A stretch of DNA of 64,000 nt from an uncultured Verrucomicrobiae bacterium (GCA_963813025.1 CAWEXO010000013.1:32001-96000); one strand, 5' to 3'; positions 21,865-32,983 are shown, numbered from the stretch's first letter. Program-made: numbers and translations. The notes: generated from the sequence alone by a model not told the origin.

Positions 21865-22860
21865 ATGAAGAAGGATCAGAAGATTGTGATTGTTGGTACC
21901 GGCGGCACGATTTCGTCCCGCTATGATCCTTTGCAGGGCCGATTTATTGCTTCGGAAGAGGTGGAAGACATCGTTGCTTTGCTTCCTGACCGGACGGGCT
22001 TACCGCGAATCGAGTTCCAAAACTTTGCGAAGATCGCCAGTTTCGAGATGACCATCGAGATTGCGCATAATCTCGTCAAGCACGTGGCGGAACTTCTAGC
22101 GAGCCCTGCAGTTGGCGGAGTCGTCGTGACGCAGGGAACTGACACAATGGAGGAAACAAGTTTCTTGGCCGATCTATTGCTGCCCCGGGGAAAACCGGTC
22201 GTGTTTACCGGTGCTCAGTTGCCGCACGACCATCCACAGACAGACGGGCCGCGTAACATTCTAGATTCCGTTCGAGCCTGCGCTTCTCCAAAAGCCGTGG
22301 GATTGGGTGCGATGGTTTGCTTCAATGGAGAGCTGCACGCGGCTCGTGATGTGACGAAGGTCCACACCAGCGCACTCGAGACCTTCCAATCCTACGATCA
22401 CGGAGCTTTAGGCTGTGTTGACCAGCAGGACGTAGTCATTTTTCGGAGACCCGAGATTCAGCTTTCGCTTGCGGCAGACAAACTCGATAAACGCGTGGAT
22501 TTAATTCAGGCCGTTCTTGGCATCGATTCGCGGCCCGTTGACGCGGCGGTGTCAAAGGGCGTTGACGGCCTTGTTGTAGAAGCCTTTGGACGTGGAAACG
22601 CCACAACCGAATTCGGTCGCAGCGTGGCGCGTGCTTGCGCGGCGGGCGTTCCTGTTGTGGTGACATCACGCTGTCCGAGTGGCCGGGTCAAGCCGATTTA
22701 TGGCAGTGGCGGAGGTGGCGGTCGCGATTTGGAGGATGTTGGAGCGATTTTCGCCGGAGACCTGAAGGGGCCAAAAGCGCGTATTTTGTTGATCGTTGCC
22801 CTCAGTGACTCCGGTGGGCGGACAAAATTGCCCGAATTTTTTCGCACTATAGCACCATAA
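21865..22860 (+). CDS. Asparaginase-family amidohydrolase
   Basis: GTGGTIS, QGTDTMEET, VVFTGAQ, KVHT, GRGN, SRC. Confidence 0.9.
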   Translation: MKKDQKIVIVGTGGTISSRYDPLQGRFIASEEVEDIVALLPDRTGLPRIEFQNFAKIASFEMTIEIAHNLVKHVAELLASPAVGGVVVTQGTDTMEETSFLADLLLPRGKPVVFTGAQLPHDHPQTDGPRNILDSVRACASPKAVGLGAMVCFNGELHAARDVTKVHTSALETFQSYDHGALGCVDQQDVVIFRRPEIQLSLAADKLDKRVDLIQAVLGIDSRPVDAAVSKGVDGLVVEAFGRGNATTEFGRSVARACAAGVPVVVTSRCPSGRVKPIYGSGGGGGRDLEDVGAIFAGDLKGPKARILLIVALSDSGGRTKLPEFFRTIAP

Positions 22861-23042
22861 GGAGAGGGCTCATGACGTAGAGAATCTCGGCAAGCCTTAC
22901 GGTTCACGAATCGGAAGCGATGCTCTGGCTCTCAGGCCGAATCGCAGTGACAGAGCTTAACTGTGGTTCTCGGAAACTGGATGATATCCGAGACGAACAA
23001 AAGTTACCGGTGTACGCCGGTTTTAAGAAAGATAGATCCATT

Positions 23043-23948
23043 ATGCCAAAAGAAATATTATGCGCCTTCGGTGTAGATGTTGATGCGGTAGCGGGATGGC
23101 TTGGTTCTTATGGGGGAGAAGATTCGCCAGATGATGTTTCGCGCGGGCTGTTTGCCGGCGAAGTGGGTTCGCCTCGATTGCTGAATCTCTTTCGGAAATA
23201 CAACCTACAAACAACCTGGTTTATACCTGGTCATTCGGCTGAGACCTTCCCCGATCAGATGAAACCCGTGGCGGACGCAGGTCATGAGATTGGTGTCCAC
23301 GGATACAGTCACGAAAATCCGATCGCAATGACTGGAGAACAGGAGGAAGCTATTCTGGACAAGTGTTTAGAAGTGCTCACCAAGCTTTCCGGTAAGCGTC
23401 CGACCGGCTACGTCGCTCCATGGTGGGAGTTCAGCCCGGTAACCAATGAACTGCTGCTGAAGCGAGGGATTAAGTACGATCACAGCTTGATGCACGATGA
23501 TTTTCATCCCTATTATGTCAGAGTAGGGGACCAGTGGACCAAGATCGACTACAGCAAGCATCCAGATGCCTGGATGAAGCCTTTAATTCGAGGCCAGGAA
23601 ACGGATCTTATCGAAATTCCAGCGAGCTGGTATCTTGATGACTTGCCGCCGATGATGTTCATCAAAAAGGCGCCCAATAGCCACGGATTCGTCAATCCGC
23701 GACAGCTCGAAGAAATGTGGCGGGACCAATTCGATTGGGTCTATCGAGAATACGACTACGCTGTCTTCGGCATGACGATTCATCCCGACGTGTCGGGTCG
23801 CCCACAGGTGTTGCTGATGTTAGAACGTCTGATTGAACACATTCAGAGCCACTCGGGAACACGTTTCCTTACATTCAATGCAATCGCCGACGATTTTTCC
23901 CGCCGTTTCCCGCGACAGAAAAAGACTCAAAGCGGAGGAATAAAATGA
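23043..23948 (+). CDS. CE4 polysaccharide-deacetylase-fold hydrolase (H. pylori PgdA/PuuE-like)
   Basis: [58 protein letters not shown]. Confidence 0.88.
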   Translation: MPKEILCAFGVDVDAVAGWLGSYGGEDSPDDVSRGLFAGEVGSPRLLNLFRKYNLQTTWFIPGHSAETFPDQMKPVADAGHEIGVHGYSHENPIAMTGEQEEAILDKCLEVLTKLSGKRPTGYVAPWWEFSPVTNELLLKRGIKYDHSLMHDDFHPYYVRVGDQWTKIDYSKHPDAWMKPLIRGQETDLIEIPASWYLDDLPPMMFIKKAPNSHGFVNPRQLEEMWRDQFDWVYREYDYAVFGMTIHPDVSGRPQVLLMLERLIEHIQSHSGTRFLTFNAIADDFSRRFPRQKKTQSGGIK

Positions 23949-25285
23949 AAACCAAAACGACGAGTGGAGCTTCCTGGGCTCTCCGCGGGATCACTCCAGC
24001 CGACGTTCGTTACGCCAGTTGGGTCGCTTTCTTTGCCTGGGTATTTGCGGTCTATGACTTCATTCTGTTTGGAACGCTACTCCCGGAAATCGGAAGGCAA
24101 TTCGGTTGGAGCGCCGCTGATCAGGCGGCGTTGGCGACCTGGGTAGCCGTTGGTACAGCGATCGTCGCCGTCGCCGTCGGTCCCATTGTCGATAAAGTAG
24201 GGCGACGGGCTGGGATGATTACGACCGTTGTGGGTGCGGCGATCTGTTCGTTTTTGACTGCGTTCGCGGGCGGCTTAGGCAAGGCCGTATTGACAATTGT
24301 TCGGTCGCTCTCGGGGATGGGTTATGCAGAGCAGACAGTGAACGCCACTTACCTCAATGAGATGTACGCTGCCGCAAATGATCCAAACCTCACTCGGCGC
24401 AAGGGTTTCATTTACAGTCTGGTCCAGGGAGGGTGGCCGATCGGAGCCCTGGTAGCGGCGGTGTTGACCGCCATTCTGCTGCCAGTCATTGGCTGGCAAG
24501 GTTGTTTTATTTTCGCGGCAATTCCGGGAATTGTGGTCGCATTCTTCGCGACCCGATTGAAGGAGAGTCCACAATTCGAGGGTCACCAGCGTATCGGGGA
24601 GCTGCTCCGGGCCGGCAACGAAACACAGGCGCGGAGCCTGGCCAACGAACTTAACGTCGACTATGAAGAACATCAAGCAACCGGGTTGGGGACAGTCTTT
24701 CGCGGAGAGGCGCTGCGGGCGACGCTGGCGATAGGCGGTGCGTTTCTACTGAACTGGTTTGCAATCCAGGTATTCGGTGTGCTGGGAACTACGGTTATCA
24801 CAAATGTTCATAAGGTAACGTTTGAAAACTCCTTGGTCATTTTGATTCTTTCCAATGTCGTCGGTTACTGCGGGTATCTGGCTCACGGTTACATGGGAGA
24901 CAAGATTGGCCGCAGAAAGGTGATTGCCATTGGTTGGATCCTGGGTGGTCTAGCCTTCTCGGCGATGCTCTTCGGTCCCAGCAACTTTGCAATCGTGGTG
25001 GCGCTTTACAGCTTGGGTCTCTTCTTCTTGATCGGCCCGTACTCTGCGCTGCTTTTCTTTATTGGCGAAAGCTACGCGACGGCGATTCGAGCCACAGGAG
25101 GCACGTTCATTAGTGCAACCGGGCCGATTGGTGCCATTCTGGCCGGCTTGGGCGCCACGGCTATTCTTCGTCAGGGTGGCGATTGGCGAACGGCCGCTTT
25201 CTTCTTTGGCGCAATTCCTTGTTTCATCTCGGGCCTGCTGGTTCTTTTTGCGAAGCATGTGGATCCGAAGGTTCTCAAATCGTGA
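23945..25285 (+). CDS. MFS transporter
   Basis: About 12 hydrophobic segments; DKVGRR and DKIGRR motif A. Confidence 0.92.
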   Translation: MKTKTTSGASWALRGITPADVRYASWVAFFAWVFAVYDFILFGTLLPEIGRQFGWSAADQAALATWVAVGTAIVAVAVGPIVDKVGRRAGMITTVVGAAICSFLTAFAGGLGKAVLTIVRSLSGMGYAEQTVNATYLNEMYAAANDPNLTRRKGFIYSLVQGGWPIGALVAAVLTAILLPVIGWQGCFIFAAIPGIVVAFFATRLKESPQFEGHQRIGELLRAGNETQARSLANELNVDYEEHQATGLGTVFRGEALRATLAIGGAFLLNWFAIQVFGVLGTTVITNVHKVTFENSLVILILSNVVGYCGYLAHGYMGDKIGRRKVIAIGWILGGLAFSAMLFGPSNFAIVVALYSLGLFFLIGPYSALLFFIGESYATAIRATGGTFISATGPIGAILAGLGATAILRQGGDWRTAAFFFGAIPCFISGLLVLFAKHVDPKVLKS

Positions 25286-25334
25286 GGTTAAACTACTGGC
25301 CTAACAAAATTTTGCCTTAAGAGGACCAAAAGTT

Positions 25335-25637
25335 ATGTGCGGTCTTTGCGGATTATTGGGGGAAGAAGCGCATTGGTCAGGATCAATCAAAAGCGGCCTG
25401 CCAAATCGGCAAGAGCGGATCCAACGAATTGCGCAGGCTAATCGGATACTGGGCTTCTACAAGCTTCGACTGGAGGATTTTCAGGGAGTTTCCTTCGTGC
25501 TCGCAAGTCCGACGGGACGCCGGGAAATTGTCTCGGATCTTGGACAGGTTTGGCGTATGGCTGAAGAAATCTCCGGACGTCTTTTGGATCCGTTGGACCC
25601 AGCTCTTTTGGCTGACTTGGAAGGGATTCGCTCGTGA
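25335..25637 (+). CDS. Small hypothetical protein with N-terminal MCGLCG...HW motif
   Basis: gagga upstream; overlaps the next gene (GTGA); CxxC at the N-terminus. Confidence 0.8.
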   Translation: MCGLCGLLGEEAHWSGSIKSGLPNRQERIQRIAQANRILGFYKLRLEDFQGVSFVLASPTGRREIVSDLGQVWRMAEEISGRLLDPLDPALLADLEGIRS

Positions 25638-26671
25638 CCGGTGCGGCCTTCGACATTATCCCGGTGAACGTTGTAACAGGCTTTCTTGGGAGTGGTAAAA
25701 CGACCTTGTTACGGCGACTTCTCTCCTCTGATCATTCAGGAGAAACAGCCGTCTTGATCAATGAGCTCGGTGAAATCGGAATTGACCATTTGCTGGTAAG
25801 TGAGATTGCGCCGGACGTCGTTTTGTTAAAAAGCGGTTGCGTTTGCTGCTCAATCCGAGGGGAGCTGAAAGATGCCTTTATTCAGCTCTTTTCAAGACGC
25901 CAGAAAGGCGAGATCCCACCGTTCCGACGGGTCGTTGTCGAGACCACTGGGCTGGCGGACCCAGCGCCTATTTTGGCGACACTTTTGGCAGACCCGGTAC
26001 TACGTCACCATTTCAGGCTCGGATTGGTTATCACTGTCGTTGACTGCGTCAACGCGTCGGACCAAAAGCGCTCATATCCGGAATGGACTGCCCAGGTAAC
26101 AGCGGCAGACCGATTGATCATCAGCAAGGCGGACCTGGCTGTTCAGGAAAGGAGTGCATTGCTCCAAAGCCTTCTGGCTGAGCTGAACTCTGCTGCCCCG
26201 GTCTTTTTAGCCTCTGAGATTCATCCCGGCGACCTGCTCTTGCTTGACGCGGGCCTGCATGGCGCTCAACCCGAATCCGAGGTCAAGCACTGGATGGATC
26301 GGTTCGACAGTTCACCGATCGGTGTCGTAGCAGGCGACGATGAGGCCGATTCAAATTGGCACCATCGCGATGGGGTCAGATCTTTCTGCCTGGTCTTTGA
26401 AAAACAGATCAACTGGACGGGATTCGGATTGTGGCTGTCGATGCTTCTGAATCGTCACGGTCGCAACATTCTGCGAGTCAAGGGCATCCTGAACGTGAGC
26501 GGGACTGAGTACCCGGTTGCTATTCACGGAGTGCAACACCTGGTGCACCCCCCGGTTCATCTGCCCGACTGGCCAGATCACGACCGGCGATCGAGGATTG
26601 TGTTCATCGTTCGTAACATCGAACAACAAGCGGTGGAACGATCGTTTAAAACTTTTTGCGAACGTCTTTAA
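25634..26671 (+). CDS. COG0523/CobW-family metallochaperone GTPase
   Basis: GFLGSGKTT, NELGEIGID, GCVCC, ETTGLADP, SKAD, LRVKG. Confidence 0.93.
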   Translation: MTGAAFDIIPVNVVTGFLGSGKTTLLRRLLSSDHSGETAVLINELGEIGIDHLLVSEIAPDVVLLKSGCVCCSIRGELKDAFIQLFSRRQKGEIPPFRRVVVETTGLADPAPILATLLADPVLRHHFRLGLVITVVDCVNASDQKRSYPEWTAQVTAADRLIISKADLAVQERSALLQSLLAELNSAAPVFLASEIHPGDLLLLDAGLHGAQPESEVKHWMDRFDSSPIGVVAGDDEADSNWHHRDGVRSFCLVFEKQINWTGFGLWLSMLLNRHGRNILRVKGILNVSGTEYPVAIHGVQHLVHPPVHLPDWPDHDRRSRIVFIVRNIEQQAVERSFKTFCERL

Positions 26672-26702
26672 AATGAAATTTTCTCCGGTTAGGGAATGAT
26701 CA

Positions 26703-28223
26703 ATGGGTTCACCGGGTCCAATTCTGCAAGCGACCAATCTTCATAAGCGCTACGGAGCAACTCTCGCGCTAGAAGAGGTTTCATTCGCTCTTTATCCTGC
26801 CGAAGTCTGTGGCTTACTAGGCGAAAATGGCGCGGGGAAATCGACGCTGGTGAAGATTCTGAGCGGTATTGTTCAACCCGATCGCGGTGAGATTACGCTC
26901 GGTGGCAAAGCGTATCAGCCGCGCAACATCACGGAGGCCAAGGCTCGCGGAGTGTCGACAGCGTTCCAGGAATTAAGTCTCATTCCTACTCTAAGTGTTG
27001 CGGTGAATCTTTTTCTTCCGCATCCGAAGACGAACATGATGCGCTTGATCTCAATGCGCACCATCGAGGCGGCGGCAGATGCCGCCCTGAACCAGTACGG
27101 CGTGTCCGAGCTTTCTCCATCCGCACTGATAGGCGACCTGCCCTTGGGTTTGCGTCAGCGCGTTGAGATCGTCCGTGCAATGTTGCAGAAGCCGCGTGTC
27201 CTGCTGTTGGACGAACCAACCGCCGCCTTGACGAATCGAGAGTGGCTATTCGGCCTCATTGACGCTTTTATTGCTCGCGGCACTGCGATTGTTTACATCA
27301 CGCATCGATTGGATGAGGCACGCCGTCTCTGCACGCGATGTATCATTTTACGCAATGGCAAAAAGGTATCGGACGCACCTATCGACGCGACCACCGACGA
27401 TGATATTTTTAGCAAAATGGCAGGCCGCTCTGCGGTCGAGACATATCCTGTTCGGGAGCGGAATGTTACAAAATCCGTACCTCCGGCCTTGGAAAGCAAT
27501 AATTTATTTGCTGAGAGTGTTAACGATGTAACTTTTCAAATCCGGCGGGGCGAGGTACTCGGGATTGCAGCATTAGAAGGACAGGGACAATCGCACTTGT
27601 TCAAAGCATTAGTTGGTTTGGTCCCTCTTAGGCAAGGGAGAATTGCGGTCGATGGGAAGCCTGTTTTTGTTGGATCACCCCGTGCCGCGCGGGCAGTCGG
27701 GATCGTGCTGGTGCCCGAAGAGAGAAAGAGCGAGGGAATATTCAAGGATCTGAGTACGGCGGCCAACATTTCGATTCCAATCATCGACAAGGCATCCCGA
27801 CTCAATTTGATTCGCAGCAAAATAGAGAGGCAACTAGTCGCGCGCGCAGCTGGTCGCGTTGACTTGAATGGTCGTTATCTGCGCCCAAACATCAGTGCAA
27901 TCTCGGGAGGCAACCAGCAGAAGGCGATTCTTGCGCGATCTCTCTTGGCGGAGCCAAGAATCCTGCTGCTCTTCGATCCGACCCGTGGCGTCGACGTCGG
28001 GACGAAGCAGAGCATTTATCAGGTGATCCATAGGTTTGCTTCTGAAGGCGGCTCGGCTCTACTCTACTCAACTGAGCTTGATGAGCTTGTGCATCTCTGT
28101 GACCGTTGCTTGGTGATTTATCGCGGGGCGATCGTCGCCGAAGTGACGGATAACGAATTAAATTCGCACCTCCTCCTGTCGCTCGCGGCGGGCCACAAGC
28201 TCCACCGCAACCAGACAAAGTGA
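26703..28223 (+). CDS. Sugar-type (CUT2) ABC ATPase
   Basis: GENGAGKST, LDEPT, SGGNQQK, DPTRGVDVG; two fused domains. Confidence 0.93.
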   Translation: MGSPGPILQATNLHKRYGATLALEEVSFALYPAEVCGLLGENGAGKSTLVKILSGIVQPDRGEITLGGKAYQPRNITEAKARGVSTAFQELSLIPTLSVAVNLFLPHPKTNMMRLISMRTIEAAADAALNQYGVSELSPSALIGDLPLGLRQRVEIVRAMLQKPRVLLLDEPTAALTNREWLFGLIDAFIARGTAIVYITHRLDEARRLCTRCIILRNGKKVSDAPIDATTDDDIFSKMAGRSAVETYPVRERNVTKSVPPALESNNLFAESVNDVTFQIRRGEVLGIAALEGQGQSHLFKALVGLVPLRQGRIAVDGKPVFVGSPRAARAVGIVLVPEERKSEGIFKDLSTAANISIPIIDKASRLNLIRSKIERQLVARAAGRVDLNGRYLRPNISAISGGNQQKAILARSLLAEPRILLLFDPTRGVDVGTKQSIYQVIHRFASEGGSALLYSTELDELVHLCDRCLVIYRGAIVAEVTDNELNSHLLLSLAAGHKLHRNQTK

Positions 28224-28353
28224 CTAGTGCACCGTCTCATATATACCGATGATGTCGTTGCGTTCAAAATGGGCCGCCGGCTCGGACCGCGCCTTGAAAA
28301 ACAGCCAACTGACCTGCGGCGACGTCATCGTTATACATGAGACGGCACACTAG
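28224..28353. mobile_element. MITE family B, internally deleted copy (130 bp)
   Basis: ctagtgcaccgtctcatata...atgagacggcacactag; shares gttgcgttcaaaatgggccgccgg and ttgaaaaacagcc.actgacctgcgg with 5742-6056. Confidence 0.85.
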
Positions 28354-28381
28354 AGGTGACCGTACCCAGGTTTATAGCACA

Positions 28382-29365
28382 ATGCCACACAGACCACGCG
28401 AAAAAGGCAGACGGATCCCAGCGAGCGTTTTTCCTGCGCTTCTTTGCTTGATCATGTTTGCGGTTTATTTCAGCAAGGCACCTTCTGCAATGAGTCTCTC
28501 CGGGATTGTGGATTTGTTAAATAACACAATCGTACTCGCTTTGGCGGCGGCGGGTTTGACTTTAGTCATTCTGACAGCCGAACTGGACCTTTCTTCAGTA
28601 GGCGTAATCGCGATAACAAATGTAGTGGTCGCGACTGTTAGTACTAGCTTGCCTGCTGGAGCTCTCGTCAGCTTCCTTCTTGTCTGTCTCATCGGAGCAT
28701 TGGTAGGATTGATCAATGGCTGGTTTGTCGCTGGCCTTCATCTGCAATCATTAGCTTGCACCTTGGGCAGTATGATCGTGTGCCAAGGGATTGCCCTGCT
28801 GATTCTGCCCGCCCCGGGAGGTGACGTCGCAGCTTTCATAATGAACCGTTTGACGGACAAGGTTTTTGGCGTGGTGCCGGTCGCAGGCCTGATTTTGGCT
28901 CTTGTGATTGTGGGATGGTTGCTTCTTCGACGAACGAGATTTGGTATCGCACTTTACGCGGTTGGTACGGATGCGGTCGCTTCTCGCCTGAGCGGTCTCG
29001 ATGTAGAGCGAACCAAGCTGTTCGCTTTTACTTTGGCCGGCATTGCATATGCCGTAGCCGGCTACCTGCTGAGCGCACAGACAGGCACTGGCGATCCGCG
29101 TGTCAGTGATTCGTTTTTGCTTTATGTCTTTGCAGCGGTGGCAATTGGCGGGACGTCGCTTGGAGGCGGTCAAGGTGGAGTAATTGGCAGTGTCATTGGG
29201 GCGGCCATACTGGCCGTCATGCAAAAGATGCTTTTCGCACTAGGGGTGGCGGAGTTTTACACGAATATTTTTAACGGGCTGATCATGATAGTGGCCATCC
29301 TGTTTGGAAATCTGGCGAGCCTGATCGCGGTACGTCAAAGGATCAGGCCGTCCAGCATAGCATAA
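28382..29365 (+). CDS. Sugar-type ABC permease
   Basis: ELDLS, TRFGIALYAVG, AAVAIGGTSL.GG.G. Confidence 0.9.
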   Translation: MPHRPREKGRRIPASVFPALLCLIMFAVYFSKAPSAMSLSGIVDLLNNTIVLALAAAGLTLVILTAELDLSSVGVIAITNVVVATVSTSLPAGALVSFLLVCLIGALVGLINGWFVAGLHLQSLACTLGSMIVCQGIALLILPAPGGDVAAFIMNRLTDKVFGVVPVAGLILALVIVGWLLLRRTRFGIALYAVGTDAVASRLSGLDVERTKLFAFTLAGIAYAVAGYLLSAQTGTGDPRVSDSFLLYVFAAVAIGGTSLGGGQGGVIGSVIGAAILAVMQKMLFALGVAEFYTNIFNGLIMIVAILFGNLASLIAVRQRIRPSSIA

Positions 29366-29398
29366 AGTAGCATTACTCGTGCCTCTTAAGGATTGGAA

Positions 29399-30430
29399 AT
29401 GAACGAGAACAAACCATGGCACCGGGGTGTAGCTCCGGAGACGCGGACTGCGTTTATCGTCTTGCTCGCGGCCATCCTGCTGCTGTTGGCAATGAAAGGG
29501 TTAAATCCGGGTTTCGGTTCGCTCGAACAGATAGCAGCAATTCTCAATACTTCCATTTTTCTAGTGGTTGCATCATTTGGCCAAGGCCTGGTGATCCTGC
29601 TCGGGGGGATTGATCTTTCGCTGGGCGTCGTCATGAGCATCGGCGGAATGATGATTGCCGCGCTAACGAACGGTTCAAATGACGCTTTAGTTTGGGCCCT
29701 CCCAGCTACGCTGATCAGCTGCATCGCGATTGGTGTACTAAACGGGCTGGGAATCGCCTTTCTAAAGATTCCTCCTTTTATCATGACTTTGGCCATGGGG
29801 ACGACGTTTTTTGGAATTGCCCTTGGTCTCACCGCCGGCAGTTCCCAACGGACGGTTGCGCCTGCCCTGCAAGAGTTAATGAGCAATCGTATTTACGAAA
29901 TCCCGATTCCAGTTCTGTTGATCGGCTGCTTCCTGGTTGTCGGTTCCCTTTTGCAGGGCGGTACTGCAGGGGGTCGCAAGCTCTATGCTGTCGGTAGTAG
30001 TGTGACTGCAGCCCGAGTTGTCGGATTACCGATTGAGGCGCTCACGGTAGTGGTTTACTCCATCAGCGCGCTGTGCGCCGGAATAGCAGGGCTGCTTTTG
30101 GCCGGTTATTCGTCAAGTGCTACGCTGGACATGGGAGATCCGTTCCTGCTGCCAACGATCGCGGCCGTTGTAGTCGGCGGAGCAAGCGTGACCGGTGGTA
30201 AGGGGATCTATCTCGGGACATTTTGCGGTGCGCTTTTCTTAAGCGTGCTGTCCACAATTATCACCGTATTGAGTCTTTCGCAGGGATGGCGCAACATCAT
30301 TCAAGGAGGGATCATTGTCATCGCACTAGTCCTACAAACCAGAGATTGGAAACTATGGAAAGCACTAAATCGAACGCCCGGCAAACGGACGCCATACCCC
30401 ACACTTATCCACGATTCGGAGCTAAAATGA
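29399..30430 (+). CDS. Sugar-type ABC permease
   Basis: GGIDLS, IPPFIMTL, GRKLYAVG, IAAVVVGGAS..GG.G. Confidence 0.9.
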   Translation: MNENKPWHRGVAPETRTAFIVLLAAILLLLAMKGLNPGFGSLEQIAAILNTSIFLVVASFGQGLVILLGGIDLSLGVVMSIGGMMIAALTNGSNDALVWALPATLISCIAIGVLNGLGIAFLKIPPFIMTLAMGTTFFGIALGLTAGSSQRTVAPALQELMSNRIYEIPIPVLLIGCFLVVGSLLQGGTAGGRKLYAVGSSVTAARVVGLPIEALTVVVYSISALCAGIAGLLLAGYSSSATLDMGDPFLLPTIAAVVVGGASVTGGKGIYLGTFCGALFLSVLSTIITVLSLSQGWRNIIQGGIIVIALVLQTRDWKLWKALNRTPGKRTPYPTLIHDSELK

Positions 30431-31638
30431 CCAGGTGTCTTGCGAGTGCAGCCGTTATCGGCTTTTGTGCGTTCGCTCTCAGCGCGGAGCGCATACACGC
30501 TCAGGAGAAGCCGAAAGACAAGGTCTTTCTCGATATGAGCTATAGTGGTAACACCTGGCAAGCTTCTGCTGCAAACGACATCAAAGCCTTGGCTTCAACG
30601 CCTCCTTATGCCGGAATGATCGAGTTCAAGACCGTCATTTCAGGGACCGACGTCCAGCGGCAGATATCCGATATCCAGAGCATGGTGGCTGCGGGTGCAA
30701 AGGCGATCATCATCTATCCGCTGTCCCCGACCGCCTTAAACCGCGTAATCCGGCAAGCAACCGACAAAAAGGTTGTCGTCTTTACCTACGATTCAACCGT
30801 GACAGAACCATCGGCCTACAATGTGAGCAACATCACGGCACGCTACGGAGCAAATACTGCTCAGTGGATGGTTAACCAGTTGGGTGGCAAAGGGGAAGTT
30901 ATCTTTAACCACGGAGTCGCTGGAACCGCCGTGACAAAGACCTATGATGAGCAGGCGTACAACATTTTTCATAGATATCCCGGGATCAAGATCGTTGGCG
31001 ATTTTTACGGCAACTGGAACGACGCGACTTCGGAGGAAGGAGTCTCCAGGATTCTGGCGGCCCATCCTAACGTGGATGGCATATGGACAGTAGACGGCAC
31101 TTACGGATCGCTTCAGGCAGTATTAAAGAATCGGCCGAACCGGCTTGTCGTTATCGCTGGTCAATCGAATAACGGATACAGGTCGATGATGGCAGATCCA
31201 GCGCTGCAAGCGAAAGGGCTCAAGGGTATTTCCTCGAGTGCTGGTCCCGCCGTCGGTGGTTACGCGTTCAAGCTCATGATGGAAGTGGTGTCGGGCAAAA
31301 AGACTCTCACTGGTCACAACATTGAATATCCGCTGCCGTGGGTCGAGGCTAATGACATCAAAATGTGTGCTGGCGACAAGTTCGAGAATGGTTGCAATGT
31401 GTTTCCCGAAGGCAAAGTGCCTCCATTGTTTCTTGATACTGCCCTGGATCCAAAATTTCTCCCTGAGCTAAGCCTGGCGTCAGTTCAGACCGGTAATCCC
31501 ACTCCCGGAGCAACGATTCAGCCTCTTCCGGAAGTAAAATACGCAGATAATCTTCCAGGCATCAATTGTCAGGATTGTAAGGCTCCGGCAGACGTCCTTG
31601 AGCCGAATCTCGTTAAGCCAATACCTGTCCCGAAATAA
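30427..31638 (+). CDS. Sugar-type ABC substrate-binding protein
   Basis: Signal peptide ending IHA; QISDIQSMV..GAKAII..P; GNWND; Cys-containing C-terminal tail. Confidence 0.85.
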   Translation: MTRCLASAAVIGFCAFALSAERIHAQEKPKDKVFLDMSYSGNTWQASAANDIKALASTPPYAGMIEFKTVISGTDVQRQISDIQSMVAAGAKAIIIYPLSPTALNRVIRQATDKKVVVFTYDSTVTEPSAYNVSNITARYGANTAQWMVNQLGGKGEVIFNHGVAGTAVTKTYDEQAYNIFHRYPGIKIVGDFYGNWNDATSEEGVSRILAAHPNVDGIWTVDGTYGSLQAVLKNRPNRLVVIAGQSNNGYRSMMADPALQAKGLKGISSSAGPAVGGYAFKLMMEVVSGKKTLTGHNIEYPLPWVEANDIKMCAGDKFENGCNVFPEGKVPPLFLDTALDPKFLPELSLASVQTGNPTPGATIQPLPEVKYADNLPGINCQDCKAPADVLEPNLVKPIPVPK

Positions 31639-31700
31639 GGTGAATTCTTATTCGCCAAAGCCCCGTTTCAGCCAGATAGGAAACTCCAAACACTCGGTCT

Positions 31701-32861
31701 ATGCGAGTTATCGAGATCCGAGAGAAGACGGTGAGGATCGCATCCTCGATTGCGAATGCGTACATCGATTTTTCGGCGATGACCTGTTCCGTAGTAGCGG
31801 TCATCACCGATGCGGTCAGGAAAGGACGTCCGATCGTGGGATACGGGTTTAGTTCGAACGGACGGTACGGTCAAGGCGCCTTGATCAGGGAACGCTTTGC
31901 TCCGCGCATTTTGCGCGCTGATCCGAATGCACTGGTGGATCAGTCGGGCGAAAATCTGAATCCCAAGCGAATCTGGGAGTGCATGATGCAGAATGAGAAG
32001 CCCGGAGGGCACGGCGAGCGCTCGGTTGCAGTTGGTACGATTGACATGGCCATCTGGGATGCGGTAGCGAAGATTGAAGATAAGCCGTTGTTCCAACTGC
32101 TGGCCGAGCGCTACGGGACCGGAACACCCAATCGGAGAGTGTTCGTATACGCCGCCGGCGGATATTATCATCCTGGCAAGGATTTGAGCGCCCTCAGAGC
32201 GGAGATGCGTGGTTATCTCGATCGTGGCTACACGGTCGTCAAAATGAAGATTGGCGGCGCGTCACTGGATCAGGATCGGCGCCGGATCGAGGCAGTATTG
32301 TCCGAGTTGGGACCGGGTCAGCGAGTTGCAGTAGATGCTAATGGACGCTTTGATCAAGAGACTGCTTTGGATTACGCCTCAGCCTTTTCTGATTACGATC
32401 TCTTTTGGTACGAAGAACCAGGTGACCCGCTTGATTATCAGCTGCAAGCCGAATTGGGGAAGTACTATGACGGTAGTATGGCAACCGGCGAGAATCTCTT
32501 TTCGATTCAGGACGCGCGGAATCTCATTCGATACGGCGGACTCCGACCTGATCGCGATTATCTCCAATTCGATTGCGCCCTCAGCTATGGTCTCGTCGAA
32601 TACTTGCGCATACTGGGCATGTTGACCGAACACGGTTGGTCGTGGCGCCGCTGTATCCCCCATGGCGGGCATCAAATGTCACTGAATATCGCAGCCGGCC
32701 TGGGCTTGGGTGGCAATGAGTCTTATCCCGATCTGTTCCAACCATACGGCGGTTTTCCTGATGGTGCAGTCGTGGAGGACGGACATGTCACAATGCCCGA
32801 TCTGCCGGGTGTGGGCTTCGAGGGAAAATCGGATCTCTATAAAGAGTTGAATTCTCTGTAG
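31701..32861 (+). CDS. tarD: Enolase-superfamily dehydratase, D-tartrate dehydratase-like
   Basis: NAYIDF, SNGRYGQG, NEKPGGHGERSVAVG, KMKIG, DANG, FDCALSYG, PHGGHQ, ESYP match the Bradyrhizobium TarD subgroup as recalled. Confidence 0.8.
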   Translation: MRVIEIREKTVRIASSIANAYIDFSAMTCSVVAVITDAVRKGRPIVGYGFSSNGRYGQGALIRERFAPRILRADPNALVDQSGENLNPKRIWECMMQNEKPGGHGERSVAVGTIDMAIWDAVAKIEDKPLFQLLAERYGTGTPNRRVFVYAAGGYYHPGKDLSALRAEMRGYLDRGYTVVKMKIGGASLDQDRRRIEAVLSELGPGQRVAVDANGRFDQETALDYASAFSDYDLFWYEEPGDPLDYQLQAELGKYYDGSMATGENLFSIQDARNLIRYGGLRPDRDYLQFDCALSYGLVEYLRILGMLTEHGWSWRRCIPHGGHQMSLNIAAGLGLGGNESYPDLFQPYGGFPDGAVVEDGHVTMPDLPGVGFEGKSDLYKELNSL

Positions 32862-32983
32862 TTGAATGCGGCAAGATGCCGAAAGTTGGTCTTGTCGGGC
32901 AGGAAAACAAATCTCCGATCTCGACCTCAGTTAAGTGGGCGAGGAATTGTTGTCGTGGGACTCTCACGCGGCGGCGCCCAGAC

